This document shows, piece after piece, positions 52,801 through 60,151 of a stretch of DNA of 64,000 nt. Numbering within the stretch: position 1 is the stretch's first letter; every line of letters begins with the position of its first letter. Below the pieces are notes generated by a model that had not been told where the DNA came from, did not search any database, and was given only the letters and a program-made list of their open reading frames with translations. Where the stretch lies: the NCBI GenBank assembly GCA_001804865.1, contig MHBK01000019.1, positions 40,617 through 104,616 of the forward strand. Direction: 5' to 3'. The position numbers and the translations under genes were made by a program. The DNA comes from Lentisphaerae bacterium GWF2_57_35 (GTDB lineage Bacteria; Verrucomicrobiota; Kiritimatiellia; CAIQIC01; GWF2-57-35).

Positions 52801-55800
52801 GCTCCATGCCACGACCGGATTGCCCGATTGATCGAGTACCATATCGATGTTGTTGGCGCGAGCGGAGACGGTGATGCCTGTGACATGCGAATTCGCAAAA
52901 CCTGTCCAGTTGTTGGAAATTGCGTTCCATTTAGCAACATAAATACGAATGCCATCCGTACCTACAACCTGCTGTTTCCAAGCCACCACAGGATTGCCGT
53001 CAGCCCCAACCCGAACAATCGGGACAGACGAGTTGTAGGTTTGGACCCCGCTAACCCCAACGTCATGCCCGGAGTTGCCCAACTCGACCCAGTCGCTGCC
53101 GTTATATTGACGAAGGTAGATACGAGTCAATGTTTCCGGCGCGCGGGGAAATTGTTCCCAGGCCACATACATGTATTGGCTGTGCACGGCTACGGACGGA
53201 TAGCCGGAATCTTCGAACAGCTTGCTGACGCCGGAACCGCGTGTCGAACCGCGGACATCGAACCACTGGTCGTCCATTCGTTTCCACTGGCCGATGTCGG
53301 AAGGGGCGCCCACGGAACCCACCCATTTCTTCAGGTAAACGGCCTTATTGGTGACATATCGATCCGCGCTATTGCCGGCCCATACAACGACCGGCTTGTC
53401 GTTGGCGTCAAGCGCCACGGCCGGGCTATCGCCGGCTGTGCGGCCTTCGATACCGATGCCCTTCATAATGGCCAACGCAAAATCCTGCGGGCCTTGGGGA
53501 ACGCTATGACCGTAGACGCGAATGGTGTACGTCCCAGGCAGTCCCGGCGGAATCACAATGGTTTCGACGTTGTTGAACATGTCGGCGTAAATCGTGTCGA
53601 CACTTTCAAGTTTATAGGAGTGAACGCCGTCCGGCGAAAAAACGTCGCCCAGATATCCGCCCCCACCCGGCGCCAAAACCATTAGATCCAAATTGTTAAC
53701 CAATTGGATGGCATTACCTGGGGTGCCCGGAACGTCCGTCCAAGCCAGCGTGATTTTCAGCCCGCCATCGCCGGGTTCCAGGGTAATCGGATAGGAATAA
53801 AATTGCCCCAAGCTTAATGGCGTAGTTTGAGATTGATCGATCAGGATATTTTGATCGGAGTTTTGAATGCCGGCGCCGTCCACGGCCCGCTGAACGTCCA
53901 ACATACCCCACCCCTGATCAACCACGTCCAAGTCGTAGGACTGAATCGGATATTTATAGACCAACGAGTTAACCATACGGGCGCCGTTGACCATCATGGC
54001 CTTCATCATGGCAGGACTCGGAGGGACAGCGAAATGATTGGTGAAGTACTGATAAGCCAAAGCACCGGCGCCAGCCGCCAACGGCGTGGCCATCGAAGTA
54101 CCGCTGAAGAACGCAAAATTTGTCCCGGAATTCACATTCCCATAGCGATAGTCGTCGTTCAGGATGGGGGGATCGCCTTCATAATCGTCCGGATGCGTTT
54201 GATGAGACTGGACGGAGAGGACATAAGCGCCGGGGGCAACAAGGTCGGGTTTCACGCGTAAATCCGCCGGGCCCACAGGCCCGCGCGAGCTGAAATAGGT
54301 AACTTGCCAGTCGGAATCCGTTTCCTTCTCCGAATTCGTCACGCGAACGGTTCCGCTTGACCCAACCCAGGCAATATTCAACAAGTTGTCGGCAAAGCGA
54401 GGTTGCTCCACCGCACCGACCGTGATGACGTTCTTCGCGTTACCCGGCTCGCCAACCGTGCTGGGGATGCCGCCCGTCCCATCGTCGATGCCGTCGCCGG
54501 CATTTCCAGCCGCGAAAAAAGCGGTGTATTCCTGCTGGCCGGCCAAGGTGGAATCGGCATCGCGAACGAGACCATCCCAGATAGCGCTCATCGTACCGTA
54601 TTCAAAGAAGCTATTTCCCCAACTGTTGTTGGAAAGTCGCGCGCCCTTCGTATAGGCAATCTGCGCCTGCTCTTCAAACGTGAAGCTGTTGAAGTCCTCG
54701 ATCATGACAAGCTTGGCGCCAGGGGCGACACCGGCGAAGTGGTTTGTGCCGAAGGGCGCTATTCCAGAGCCGGGAGCTTTGAGAACGGAAAGCGAATTAG
54801 CACCGTTACCTAAAATTGAGCCGGACACATGCGTTCCATGCCCGTATGTATCTCCAGGAATGCCGTCGCTCGAAACGCCTTCGCGGTAAGCATAGTGAAC
54901 GATACGGGAATTAACCCCGGTGGTGGAGGTCTGGTTCTGATTGAGAGCAAAACCGCGGTTGACGAAATCGATGCCGGTATCCGTCACTCCGACGATCACG
55001 CCTTCGCCGGTTAGGGTGGGGTGCAAAGATCGCAGACCCGAAGCGCGGACCTTCTTGGCGCCCACATCGTTCATGGGCTGAGCCAGCAGACGGGGTTCAA
55101 CCCATTGGATTGAGTCATTACGAATCAACTGAGTCAGTTGGGACGGCTCCATCTTGACGGCCAAGACCGTGCGACCTTCGGACGCCTGCTGGTTGACGAT
55201 CTCCGCGCCGAGTTTTTTCAGTTCTTCGGCGGCGGTTGCGCCGCGGAAGGTCATTACATTGAACACGCCATTGGTGACCATCTTTCGAATGGGTTCGTCG
55301 GCCGAGCCCGTCAGATAGGACAGCACGGCGGTGCTCATCTTATAGTAAGGATGATAAGGCTCGACAAATTGAACCCGGTCCAATTGGCGGAGGGCATCGA
55401 CCTTCTTGGGGTCGATCGTCACGGCAAACGCGTAATTGGGAACGTAGTGACTGATGGCGGCGCCGTTCTCTTCAAGGAGCCGGCGATCGGCCTCCGAGAC
55501 GGTCTGCTTGAATTGAACGATGTAGCATTCGGAGGCGGGGTCGGCTCGGAATTCTTCCGGCACCTCGACCGATTTGCCGGTCCGGGCGGCCAGTTCGGTG
55601 TCAATCATCGCATTCTGAAGCAGGATCGCCAACGAATCGCCCCGGCTCAGGTCTCTGACGGACTTACGCGTGTTGGAGAGTACGCCGCGGGCCTTGAGCA
55701 AGGCATCTTCTTCCGGAGTCCGATCTCCTGCCTTCTTAAATACTGGAAGGATGGAAGCTTCAGGCTTAATATCGTCTTGCTGGGAAGTCACCCGGGCATC

Positions 55801-56160
55801 GGTCAACTGTTCGCCTTCCTCGTTTTTGGCGTAGGTGAAGGAATGGCTTTTGGAGACGGCGCTGATAAGTTGATCGATGGTGACATCTTTCACATCCAGG
55901 GTAAGTTTTTCGGCCAGGCGGGAATCCACATCGATGCGGACGCCGCTCAGCTTGGCGACTTGATCGAGAACTTCGCGCACATTGGCGTCCTTGGCCGCCA
56001 GAGTATAGAGATCATTCGATTTCGTCAGGAGATAATCCTCACCCCCAGCACTCGTGGCTGTCGTCGAGGTCGCCGAGACCGCGACATAAGAAAGGAGGGT
56101 ACACAACACGAATGCTCCGAGAACCAACGATGCCTTGCAGCTTGCGGCCTTGATTGTCAC
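43870..56160 (-). CDS. Giant (4096 aa) secreted S8 subtilase with STN-like, propeller, FN3-like, TSP3-like, MAM-like, PEGA and Kelch modules
   Basis: Catalytic motifs VGVTDTGID, GHGTHVSG, GTSMATP; AAGN; D.D.DGMPDGWE repeats; P.PRWG Kelch-like repeats; GWY(V/I)DDV twice. Confidence 0.92.
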   Translation of the reverse strand: MTIKAASCKASLVLGAFVLCTLLSYVAVSATSTTATSAGGEDYLLTKSNDLYTLAAKDANVREVLDQVAKLSGVRIDVDSRLAEKLTLDVKDVTIDQLISAVSKSHSFTYAKNEEGEQLTDARVTSQQDDIKPEASILPVFKKAGDRTPEEDALLKARGVLSNTRKSVRDLSRGDSLAILLQNAMIDTELAARTGKSVEVPEEFRADPASECYIVQFKQTVSEADRRLLEENGAAISHYVPNYAFAVTIDPKKVDALRQLDRVQFVEPYHPYYKMSTAVLSYLTGSADEPIRKMVTNGVFNVMTFRGATAAEELKKLGAEIVNQQASEGRTVLAVKMEPSQLTQLIRNDSIQWVEPRLLAQPMNDVGAKKVRASGLRSLHPTLTGEGVIVGVTDTGIDFVNRGFALNQNQTSTTGVNSRIVHYAYREGVSSDGIPGDTYGHGTHVSGSILGNGANSLSVLKAPGSGIAPFGTNHFAGVAPGAKLVMIEDFNSFTFEEQAQIAYTKGARLSNNSWGNSFFEYGTMSAIWDGLVRDADSTLAGQQEYTAFFAAGNAGDGIDDGTGGIPSTVGEPGNAKNVITVGAVEQPRFADNLLNIAWVGSSGTVRVTNSEKETDSDWQVTYFSSRGPVGPADLRVKPDLVAPGAYVLSVQSHQTHPDDYEGDPPILNDDYRYGNVNSGTNFAFFSGTSMATPLAAGAGALAYQYFTNHFAVPPSPAMMKAMMVNGARMVNSLVYKYPIQSYDLDVVDQGWGMLDVQRAVDGAGIQNSDQNILIDQSQTTPLSLGQFYSYPITLEPGDGGLKITLAWTDVPGTPGNAIQLVNNLDLMVLAPGGGGYLGDVFSPDGVHSYKLESVDTIYADMFNNVETIVIPPGLPGTYTIRVYGHSVPQGPQDFALAIMKGIGIEGRTAGDSPAVALDANDKPVVVWAGNSADRYVTNKAVYLKKWVGSVGAPSDIGQWKRMDDQWFDVRGSTRGSGVSKLFEDSGYPSVAVHSQYMYVAWEQFPRAPETLTRIYLRQYNGSDWVELGNSGHDVGVSGVQTYNSSVPIVRVGADGNPVVAWKQQVVGTDGIRIYVAKWNAISNNWTGFANSHVTGITVSARANNIDMVLDQSGNPVVAWSRMSSPWSIETYRWTGSAWANLGAVTSEKFLDRPSLSVGAGGSIYRTWIRYPDTSAGEYYVQVFAQRYSGGWSAFGGSMTYPGVSASTNYILQPDCPTIAESFNGHVTVAWQAGTNVGNSILVRKFNGVSWSGVAGSDKAPGISQMGGRVLKPRLLVDSVGLPVVTFQNRNDASGLDEVVSYALVGDRTSPSFGGLQSAIGGTNGNVVLHWSNAVDNVSSTITYRVYRGANTWPCGITPACSETDVFSHVVAVVTNINTWTNNGLVNDRIYCFGVRAVDDADLFDRNTIIRSAGPVSGNGDTDGDCLSNLVEIAVGTEPCIADTDADGMKDGWEWFFSYDNPLHTNAVAMDPLDNGTINIRTGDWGQTNQMPGADMDSDGASNLEEYQWYLGHTNLCVTWTTNLLSPNPTLWDTDADGMPDGWEMMQGFNPVDPADAVLDADGDGLNNLQEYQWGTDPRYADSDSDGELDGMEVTNRLTNPSLSDTDLDGLDDGNELAIGADPRKADTKGSLAGDADMIQLGWNPTNSPPVLRVFLNANFETNSVSRTNWFSRAVNPALPFNLWHLSQAEPYPNTSGIAYQHERSTNTAFRFASDLKYGTNVLAGYTNGTIITALRAALESPQCQPTNSATLFVSWNENYDTEPNGDFVQVFARGGANTNWFPVSAAMSGKSGVEDNTQSNVPSRWVNRTLDISQFAGMSNVQVRFLFVANAINNFLHGWYVDDVMIYEGVKIAGWVRDIDGAPISGARVQALGRGGITNLIQGHRFVLPGKSFGEALTLSDGSYAISGLPQGRYFVKASEASHQAEFFNGRLFNGPYGFARQANPGVADVGLATNGWVDLTAPGSSITNAHFELEKGRGRSYLGVMFPNPAGLAYDIYVNGLSSNLQATVWDGVADTNKALNSFAAYRTSTNATLLNNYPDWITQARQPTLLGDLAPGDHWLFVGSNLTAFPPPVVNLREGEVTLVNVSTSQASGFLSVAAEDGKAYPIWLDGRSTTNLTPVSHWVLPAGLHEVRLVATNNLWIAPKTVSVPYGSRTTIRFATNETAGPTGGTFIRTVDIRGNAVSGAEIFIDGISVSHPSIDVTNLTPALVSDLRSGQHNVTLTLPGYRDTETRTINVFGGITNAFEFILYDADKDYDRVGDSVEVAGYTNIFRYDRNSDPDTDGLNSLLEFDQFRLYNVFLNPFNADTDGDLMMDGSELGYDGISNRLAFSTIETNVLQGASFVRSFFRGRYLEGIDNFGTGHVAVAIEGDRFISSDLTHPDLPMPSASKAVTVFMGVPSTVVDKSVTVGHNKGAVLYADALPNIVDTDNDGMWDGFEALYGLSTIAKLDPIEARLTAEDPDGDGLSNLSEFLGQDGQALTNNFDSTNPTAGDTDEDGMPDGWEVYYGFNPLNPSDAWFDPDNDGLPNYGEFYYGANPKLSDTDADYLPDGVEVLTYGTDPLDIDTDNDGLLDGREVWDRDMDGVRDGGFFPNWNGGDLDGDGYADGPTDWDTDGDGMPDGFEVIDAFGRLRNDSRLDPYNPNDGDDDPDGDGLSNLQEYLVRDSMFGNNMSGYVWDFSTDPFNPDSDGDGMPDGWEVLKGLHPMDPVPISYYNLDPLDQGGVDPTYIVTPYGVFVYRYTSVGVDGDNDGDGLWNLREYEVRFHLDPTASSNAIDSLSTDPWNPDTDEDGLGDGEEDRIFRSNPILQDSDTDRLMDGASVPGKWGEVESKLRRTEFQVVAACPTCTWEAVSASARIPHPMFNSITGHLAVMQMSDRLLYASDNFTPFMENIAFGGYYTNGAWHWLNDEYFWEVAPNPSGQVNYIVSDYFGALRTVTNEQSVDHYVVQWDNLPTVTNHYDQALNDLWRLVWPSKDDLPHWESVRPNSTGDVPAPRWGAAMSYIPVFETKNPRNDNSGTILLDNRQLVVIGGRDGVTKHSDVWEFSMKSNCWQKSKAPLTSVHPLYTSLAMSELSAVPLFTYGNTKEKDCGCTDVPYNCDGTSFLEPKNRPWSTSRSLDWTFLFGGWDNSHKYYLNHLFYKSTDDQVVEERNFVSQDGMESVETQVQVQGVTNVTTNITIKVGYNKQGELLFGGPYHEVSTTIAQGITTYVTNSFYGTNAFAFAELNGLGSICEKILSAQLEFELVDPVSTNIDIAMFTEFNSFGNEPGGWASLGDLFKTNGRYFNSMPLYTNIPQGSSGVVTVDVMRIVQEAYDYGRFGRESFGVVVYSTNLTGRTAKIRPQKTRLVISFKPSYADDPHWASPEITTTYYSQDVSDRKSSAVVYDFKRQKLVMFGGIDGRRVLGDTHEGEVSWKVSGDPDKLNWFQKVTASSPSPRWGHSMVYDGSNQRVVLFGGFDANHRPLNDLWIYREPTTDFTVTNVENGVTNVLNGTITNAAEWVQITGFQNKERPQPRGGASMIYYGDFDYNRGVGDYFVSANKQKIVLFGGTDGNAYFNDTWVLSSGATNRWILVNPTGPLSQGPSPRAFSSMVWAQNGRSSKDKTGRYTFRDTKDTEDEADDEGTVTLDLGDPRGAKPAAYLFGGRFGAMNTAYDTDFDMVSDGIEHELGGRAAGRDPRVNKLVQTNNATETVPYAFNKIGPIPRVTAYAWPFPLTLRGAVADMESLRNDDGEYAAKYDLPYEYFAEPDAVRRVQSGQFENGVEAEQEVQVDLWYHRYSIEDPFNTKDVWKRGVPNNSAVGSNGAPRYAHSGRWCYGTALDGNYPNSAMMELYSPLVQLTLPPSNATSTNNYNNYFLVFYEWLDLFDSNDVVRVEAVRPETPADINTHQSGLNKPVLPLLPNRSSAFNSRGNWRRVVVPLDNLANEQNVYFRFTLQSDATGVAGGWYIDDVALLQASEISGVMTNLFGVKVSLLGIHSNGEGVTNTVTDANGLFQFGLLPLGSYAFGVLSETNTSMFINSAVPPLDLEAILGGNSASIEWPAVPGCQYLVEYADTMVNGQWQWHVLDTVVANSSTATAQDASATPLRVYRVWLVTGL

Positions 56161-56233
56161 ATCTCACCTCGCCATTTATTTTTTAAAGATCCTGCTTCGA
56201 TTTGTTGAGTCATGATTACGCAAAATTGCTGCA

Positions 56234-56722
56234 TTAGGGTTCCGCCCCGTGGTCGATGGCCATGATTTCGTTCATGAGCAACCGTTCGTCGTCTTTCAGT
56301 TTCTGGATGTTCTCGAAAAGCTCTTGGCGGTTCTTCTTGATGTCCTTCATCTCCGGCTGAAGGCTCATTTTCGCATCCAATAGACGGCGTTTTTCAACCA
56401 GTTGTTTTTCGAGGGCCGTGATCTCTTCACGCAGGGCGGCACACTCGGGATTATTGTATTCGAGATCGTGCTGGCGGTTCCAAATCGTCTTGGCCTGTTC
56501 GGCCAAATTGGTTTGGGCCGCGACGAGTTCCTGTTGTACGCGTCCTAATTCAGCAGCCAGGGATTTCCGTTTTTCGGCGGAGGTTTCGGCCCAGGAAGGC
56601 AGACAAGATAGACCCAGGAGTAAAATACAGGAAAGAAAAACCAGATTGCGAAATGAACCCGCCAGGCCGAAATTTACGGGCGCCGGCTTATGACCGCGTG
56701 ATCGAAGCATCATCATGCTCAC
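56234..56722 (-). CDS. Exported coiled-coil protein
   Basis: Hydrophobic leader ending SWA, heptad-like E/K/Q/L body; co-oriented 73 bp upstream of the giant gene; start uncertain. Confidence 0.7.
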   Translation of the reverse strand: MSMMMLRSRGHKPAPVNFGLAGSFRNLVFLSCILLLGLSCLPSWAETSAEKRKSLAAELGRVQQELVAAQTNLAEQAKTIWNRQHDLEYNNPECAALREEITALEKQLVEKRRLLDAKMSLQPEMKDIKKNRQELFENIQKLKDDERLLMNEIMAIDHGAEP

Positions 56723-57033
56723 CTTTTATCCCATTGGTTGTTTTCGAACCAGATTCGATGGTTTAGGACATGAGTCGATTCACAAAGCGTTCGTGGGAAT
56801 GTCCATGAAGCTCGGCAACGGATGTGAAATAATCATGCCCTTTCCATACAAAACCCGTCATTTTCAGACTCCTTTCCCGCCGAGACCCCTTTAACGCTCG
56901 TCAGGCTGAAAAATGACATAAAATTCCTGAGTGAGTTAAGGGTTTTTACTCGCCAAAGGCAACTAAAAAAATATGCAATATTTCAATCATTTTCCGAAGG
57001 AAATCGAGAATTTGACCGCCTCGCACCTCAGAA

Positions 57034-57351
57034 TCAGGTCCGGCTTCTTTGTTTGTCTTGAAAAGAAGCGGGACAACCTTCGACCTGCCATTGGGATGGA
57101 AAAGTCCTGCATTGGCTGGGGCGAACCGGGTAGATGCGGCATTGCTGGGCGTCCAAAAAGATGCAGGCGCCGTCGGGGGCGTCTTGGAGGGTCAATTGCG
57201 ACCGGTTGGAAGCGAGGGCGGCGTAGCGGTCGATAAAATCATTCTCTGACAGGCCCAGATGGGTGGAGATGGCGGCGATATCGGAGGCGGTCAGGAGCAC
57301 ATGACCGGACCATCGGCAGCAGGTTCCGCATTGTTGACAAACAAAATCCAT
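57034..57351 (-). CDS. YkgJ-family cysteine-cluster protein
   Basis: CQQCGTCC...CIFL...CRIYPVRPSQCRTFP. Confidence 0.9.
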   Translation of the reverse strand: MDFVCQQCGTCCRWSGHVLLTASDIAAISTHLGLSENDFIDRYAALASNRSQLTLQDAPDGACIFLDAQQCRIYPVRPSQCRTFPSQWQVEGCPASFQDKQRSRT

Positions 57352-57379
57352 GAGTACGCGTCTCTAGAAAATTAAGATT

Positions 57380-57953
57380 TTAACACAAAGGCCGCCAAGC
57401 AAGAACTCGCAAAGGTCGCAAAGAAGCTCCAACACGATATTAAACGACGAAGATTATTTCCACAGAGATCACGGCGCAGCGAGGCCGCAACCATAAAGAA
57501 AACAGAAAGATTTAACCACAGATGAACACGAATGCACACGGATAAAATAGAGAAAGGCAGAAAAAGGCCAACCTCAAAGGACTCAGCCATTGTAATTATG
57601 ACTCACGAAGCATCGAACAACTCATTTTATTAGAGTGTATTTCGATCGGGTGCCGTTCTAATTCCTACTCGTAATCGTAATCATAATCTTAATCATAATC
57701 TCCATTTTTTCATCAAGAAGTAGATTAAGATTACGATTAAGATTATGAGAATGGTGGTATGGCCAATCAGCGGCCGTTGGAGGCGGGGCCACCTGGCCCC
57801 GCTGCCGGGACGGGGTCGTCCCGGCTCCATTTCGCAAGCCCAATCCTATTGAACGTATCAAAACCGGGGATTTCTATAATCCCCTCTATGTGTTCTTGTT
57901 GTTTATCCCTTTGCGACCTTTGCGAGTTCCTGCTTGGCGGCCTTTGTGTTTAA
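57380..57953. repeat. Composite repeat region with ~43-bp inverted outer arms
   Basis: AACACAAAGGCCGCCAAGCAAGAACTCGCAAAGGTCGCAAAG vs CTTTGCGACCTTTGCGAGTTCCTGCTTGGCGGCCTTTGTGTT; hexamer palindrome and REP doublet inside. Confidence 0.8.
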
Positions 57954-57968
57954 CCTCTTCGTAACTGC

Positions 57969-58217
57969 TCAGTACATTTTCTCATACTCGCCGGAGCTGA
58001 TTTTCTTGAGTTTGTGAAAACCGGCTTTGCGGGCGCGGTCGTCGAGGTGTGTGCCATTCATGACGCGCGGGGCGGAATAGACTCGATGCACTTGCGAGCG
58101 GCAGCGAGGGCATTTTTCGAGGACAGGGCAGGACGGATGCTCCAACTGCTCGAAGACTTTCGAGCAATAGTCACAGCCCGGCTCACCGTCCCGGCGGATG
58201 TATTCGCGAATGGGCAT
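57969..58217 (-). CDS. FmdB-family zinc-ribbon protein
   Basis: MPIREY...CDYC...FE.L...CPRC...RVYS. Confidence 0.88.
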   Translation of the reverse strand: MPIREYIRRDGEPGCDYCSKVFEQLEHPSCPVLEKCPRCRSQVHRVYSAPRVMNGTHLDDRARKAGFHKLKKISSGEYEKMY

Positions 58218-58238
58218 TTTGGGGGACTCTGGGAAGAA

Positions 58239-58364
58239 GTGATCAGTTATCAGTGATCAGTAATCAGTTATCAGTGATCAGTAATCAGTTATCAGTGATC
58301 AGTGATCAGTTATCAGTAATCAGTTATCAGTTATCAGTGATCAGTAATCAGTTATCAGTGATCA
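58239..58364. repeat. Tandem heptamer array (GT[G/T/A]ATCA) x18
   Basis: Counted directly; only unit position 3 varies. Confidence 0.95.
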
Positions 58365-58503
58365 GCATGGCACGGGATATGGCTTGAAGGCTTCAACATG
58401 GTCAGGTTATCCGTGATTTTTTTGCGGTAAGAACGCCGGTTCGCGACAGCCACGTTGTCGCATGAGGCGACTTGCAGAACCGACGTTCTTTATTCCCGGT
58501 CTC

Positions 58504-59832
58504 CTACGGTGCGGGGGCTGCCGCAGGAGCTGTTTCCGCGGCGGGTTGTTCGGTCGTCGGAGCGGGGGCCGCTTCGGGGGCTTCTCCGCTGGGGCGGATG
58601 TAGACTTCGGTTCGGCGGTTCTTTTGCATGTTGGTTTCGGTGTCGTTGGCGACCACGGGGCGGCTGAAGCCGTAGCCCTTGTAGGTCAGGCGCGTGCGTT
58701 CGATGCCGCCGACTTCAACCAGGTAATCCACGACGGAGCGGGCGCGGCGCTCGGAGAGACGAATATTGTAATCCGCTTTGGAGTTTTTGCGCTTGTCGGC
58801 ATGCCCTTCCACGCGGGCGGTGGCGCCGGGATCGCGCTGGAGCACTTTGACGATCACGTCGAGCTGCTCGAAGTATTGGGGTTTGAGAACCGCTTTGTCA
58901 TAATCGAATTCGATGTTCAGCGTGAAGAGCTGCAGGTCGTCCGCGGGATTGAGAGGATCGGTGTTGTCTTCGATGACCTCATGGCCGTCGGTCACGCCGC
59001 CCTTGTCGGTGTCGCGATCCAGCGGATTGGTTTTGTAGGTGAGGACTTCCGCGCCGTCCTTCAAGCTGTCCCAGTCGGAATCGGGATTGAGGGGATCGGT
59101 TTTGTACACTTTGACTTCCTCACCGTCGGAAAGGCCGTCCTTGTCGGTATCGGGATCGTACGGATCGGTTCCAATCTGCACTTCCTCGGAATCCAGCAAG
59201 CCGTCGCCGTCGCTGTCGATTTCGCCGCCGGTGACTTGGAATTCGGATTTGATGCCGGCGCCGAAGCGGTAATTGACGCCGACGCTATAGAGCGTGTTGA
59301 AGTCGGTGTTTTCTCCGGCCACGCCGATGCGGGCATCGGCCCGGATCGCCCAGGCATCGTTGAAGTGATAGAACATGCCGCCGCCGGCGAAGAAGCCGAG
59401 TTCGTCGCTGCCGTGTTCGAGGGCTTCTTCGTAATGCGTCCAAATCAAACCGCCGGCCAGAAACGGATCGAACCGGAGATTCTTGGTATTGCGCAAGTGG
59501 AAGAGCACGTCGCCGGAAAGCCGCAGGGCCCAGATCGAGTCCGCGAGCTGTTCCCGGTCGTCGGTGAAGGTATTGTTTTCCAACGTAGGGGTGTAATCGA
59601 GTCCCATTTCGAAGGTCCACCGGGGCGAGAAATCGTATCCGACCATGCCGTAGATGAAATTGCCGTCGTCGACCAGTTGATCGCCCTCGTATTTGATCCG
59701 TCCCATGCCCAAGCTCAGGCTCCAGGGCGCTTCCTTGAAAAGATCCCGTTGTTGAGCCCACCCCTCCGAAGAACCGAAGAGCAGGATGACCCCCGCCAGC
59801 AACCTGCCGAATAGTTTGATTGAATTACGCAT
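58504..59832 (-). CDS. OmpA-family outer membrane protein (beta-barrel, TSP3-like repeats, OmpA C-domain)
   Basis: IEFDYDKA, VEGHAD, NIRLSERRARSV, KNRRTE; GGAGG RBS before ATG 59832. Confidence 0.92.
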   Translation of the reverse strand: MRNSIKLFGRLLAGVILLFGSSEGWAQQRDLFKEAPWSLSLGMGRIKYEGDQLVDDGNFIYGMVGYDFSPRWTFEMGLDYTPTLENNTFTDDREQLADSIWALRLSGDVLFHLRNTKNLRFDPFLAGGLIWTHYEEALEHGSDELGFFAGGGMFYHFNDAWAIRADARIGVAGENTDFNTLYSVGVNYRFGAGIKSEFQVTGGEIDSDGDGLLDSEEVQIGTDPYDPDTDKDGLSDGEEVKVYKTDPLNPDSDWDSLKDGAEVLTYKTNPLDRDTDKGGVTDGHEVIEDNTDPLNPADDLQLFTLNIEFDYDKAVLKPQYFEQLDVIVKVLQRDPGATARVEGHADKRKNSKADYNIRLSERRARSVVDYLVEVGGIERTRLTYKGYGFSRPVVANDTETNMQKNRRTEVYIRPSGEAPEAAPAPTTEQPAAETAPAAAPAP

Positions 59833-59925
59833 GTTCAAAACCTCCAAACGATTTTTCATAAGTCGAAACGCAGGATTTAAGGTAGCAGGAATGAAAGGGA
59901 ACGCAACAGAAAAGGGACGGGAGAA

Positions 59926-60008
59926 AATGCCGAATGCCGATTGCCGAGTGCCGAATTGAAGAGAGGGAGGGCAACGCCGATTGCCAAGTGCCGATTGCTG
60001 AATTGAAC
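59926..60008. repeat. Degenerate heptamer repeats (TGCCGAN)
   Basis: Two clusters of about four units, each ending GAATTGAA. Confidence 0.7.
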
Positions 60009-60151
60009 AAGGTTTGTATTTTGGAGGGGCGCGCTCCGTCGCGACCGGAAGAAGATGGTTCCGACAGAGCGGAACCCTCCAAAATACTAACCTTTTTGGC
60101 CCGGCTTCGGCTTGTCTCTCCGTAGCGAAGCCGGGCCATCTTTTGCGGCGG

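Noticed and set aside
43870-56160. Protein length of exactly 4096 aa as an artefact
   Set aside because: Natural GTG start with RBS, signal peptide, stop codon and intact terminal domain; coincidence
56723-57033. Riboswitch upstream of the giant-protein operon
   Set aside because: Only a weak inverted repeat (GTCATTTTCAG / CTGAAAAATGAC); no recognisable aptamer consensus
58239-58364. Possible CRISPR array
   Set aside because: 7-bp tandem units with no unique spacers and no cas genes in the window
58368-58384. Sigma-54 promoter TGGCACG...TGGC
   Set aside because: GG-to-GC spacing is off by one and no co-oriented downstream gene
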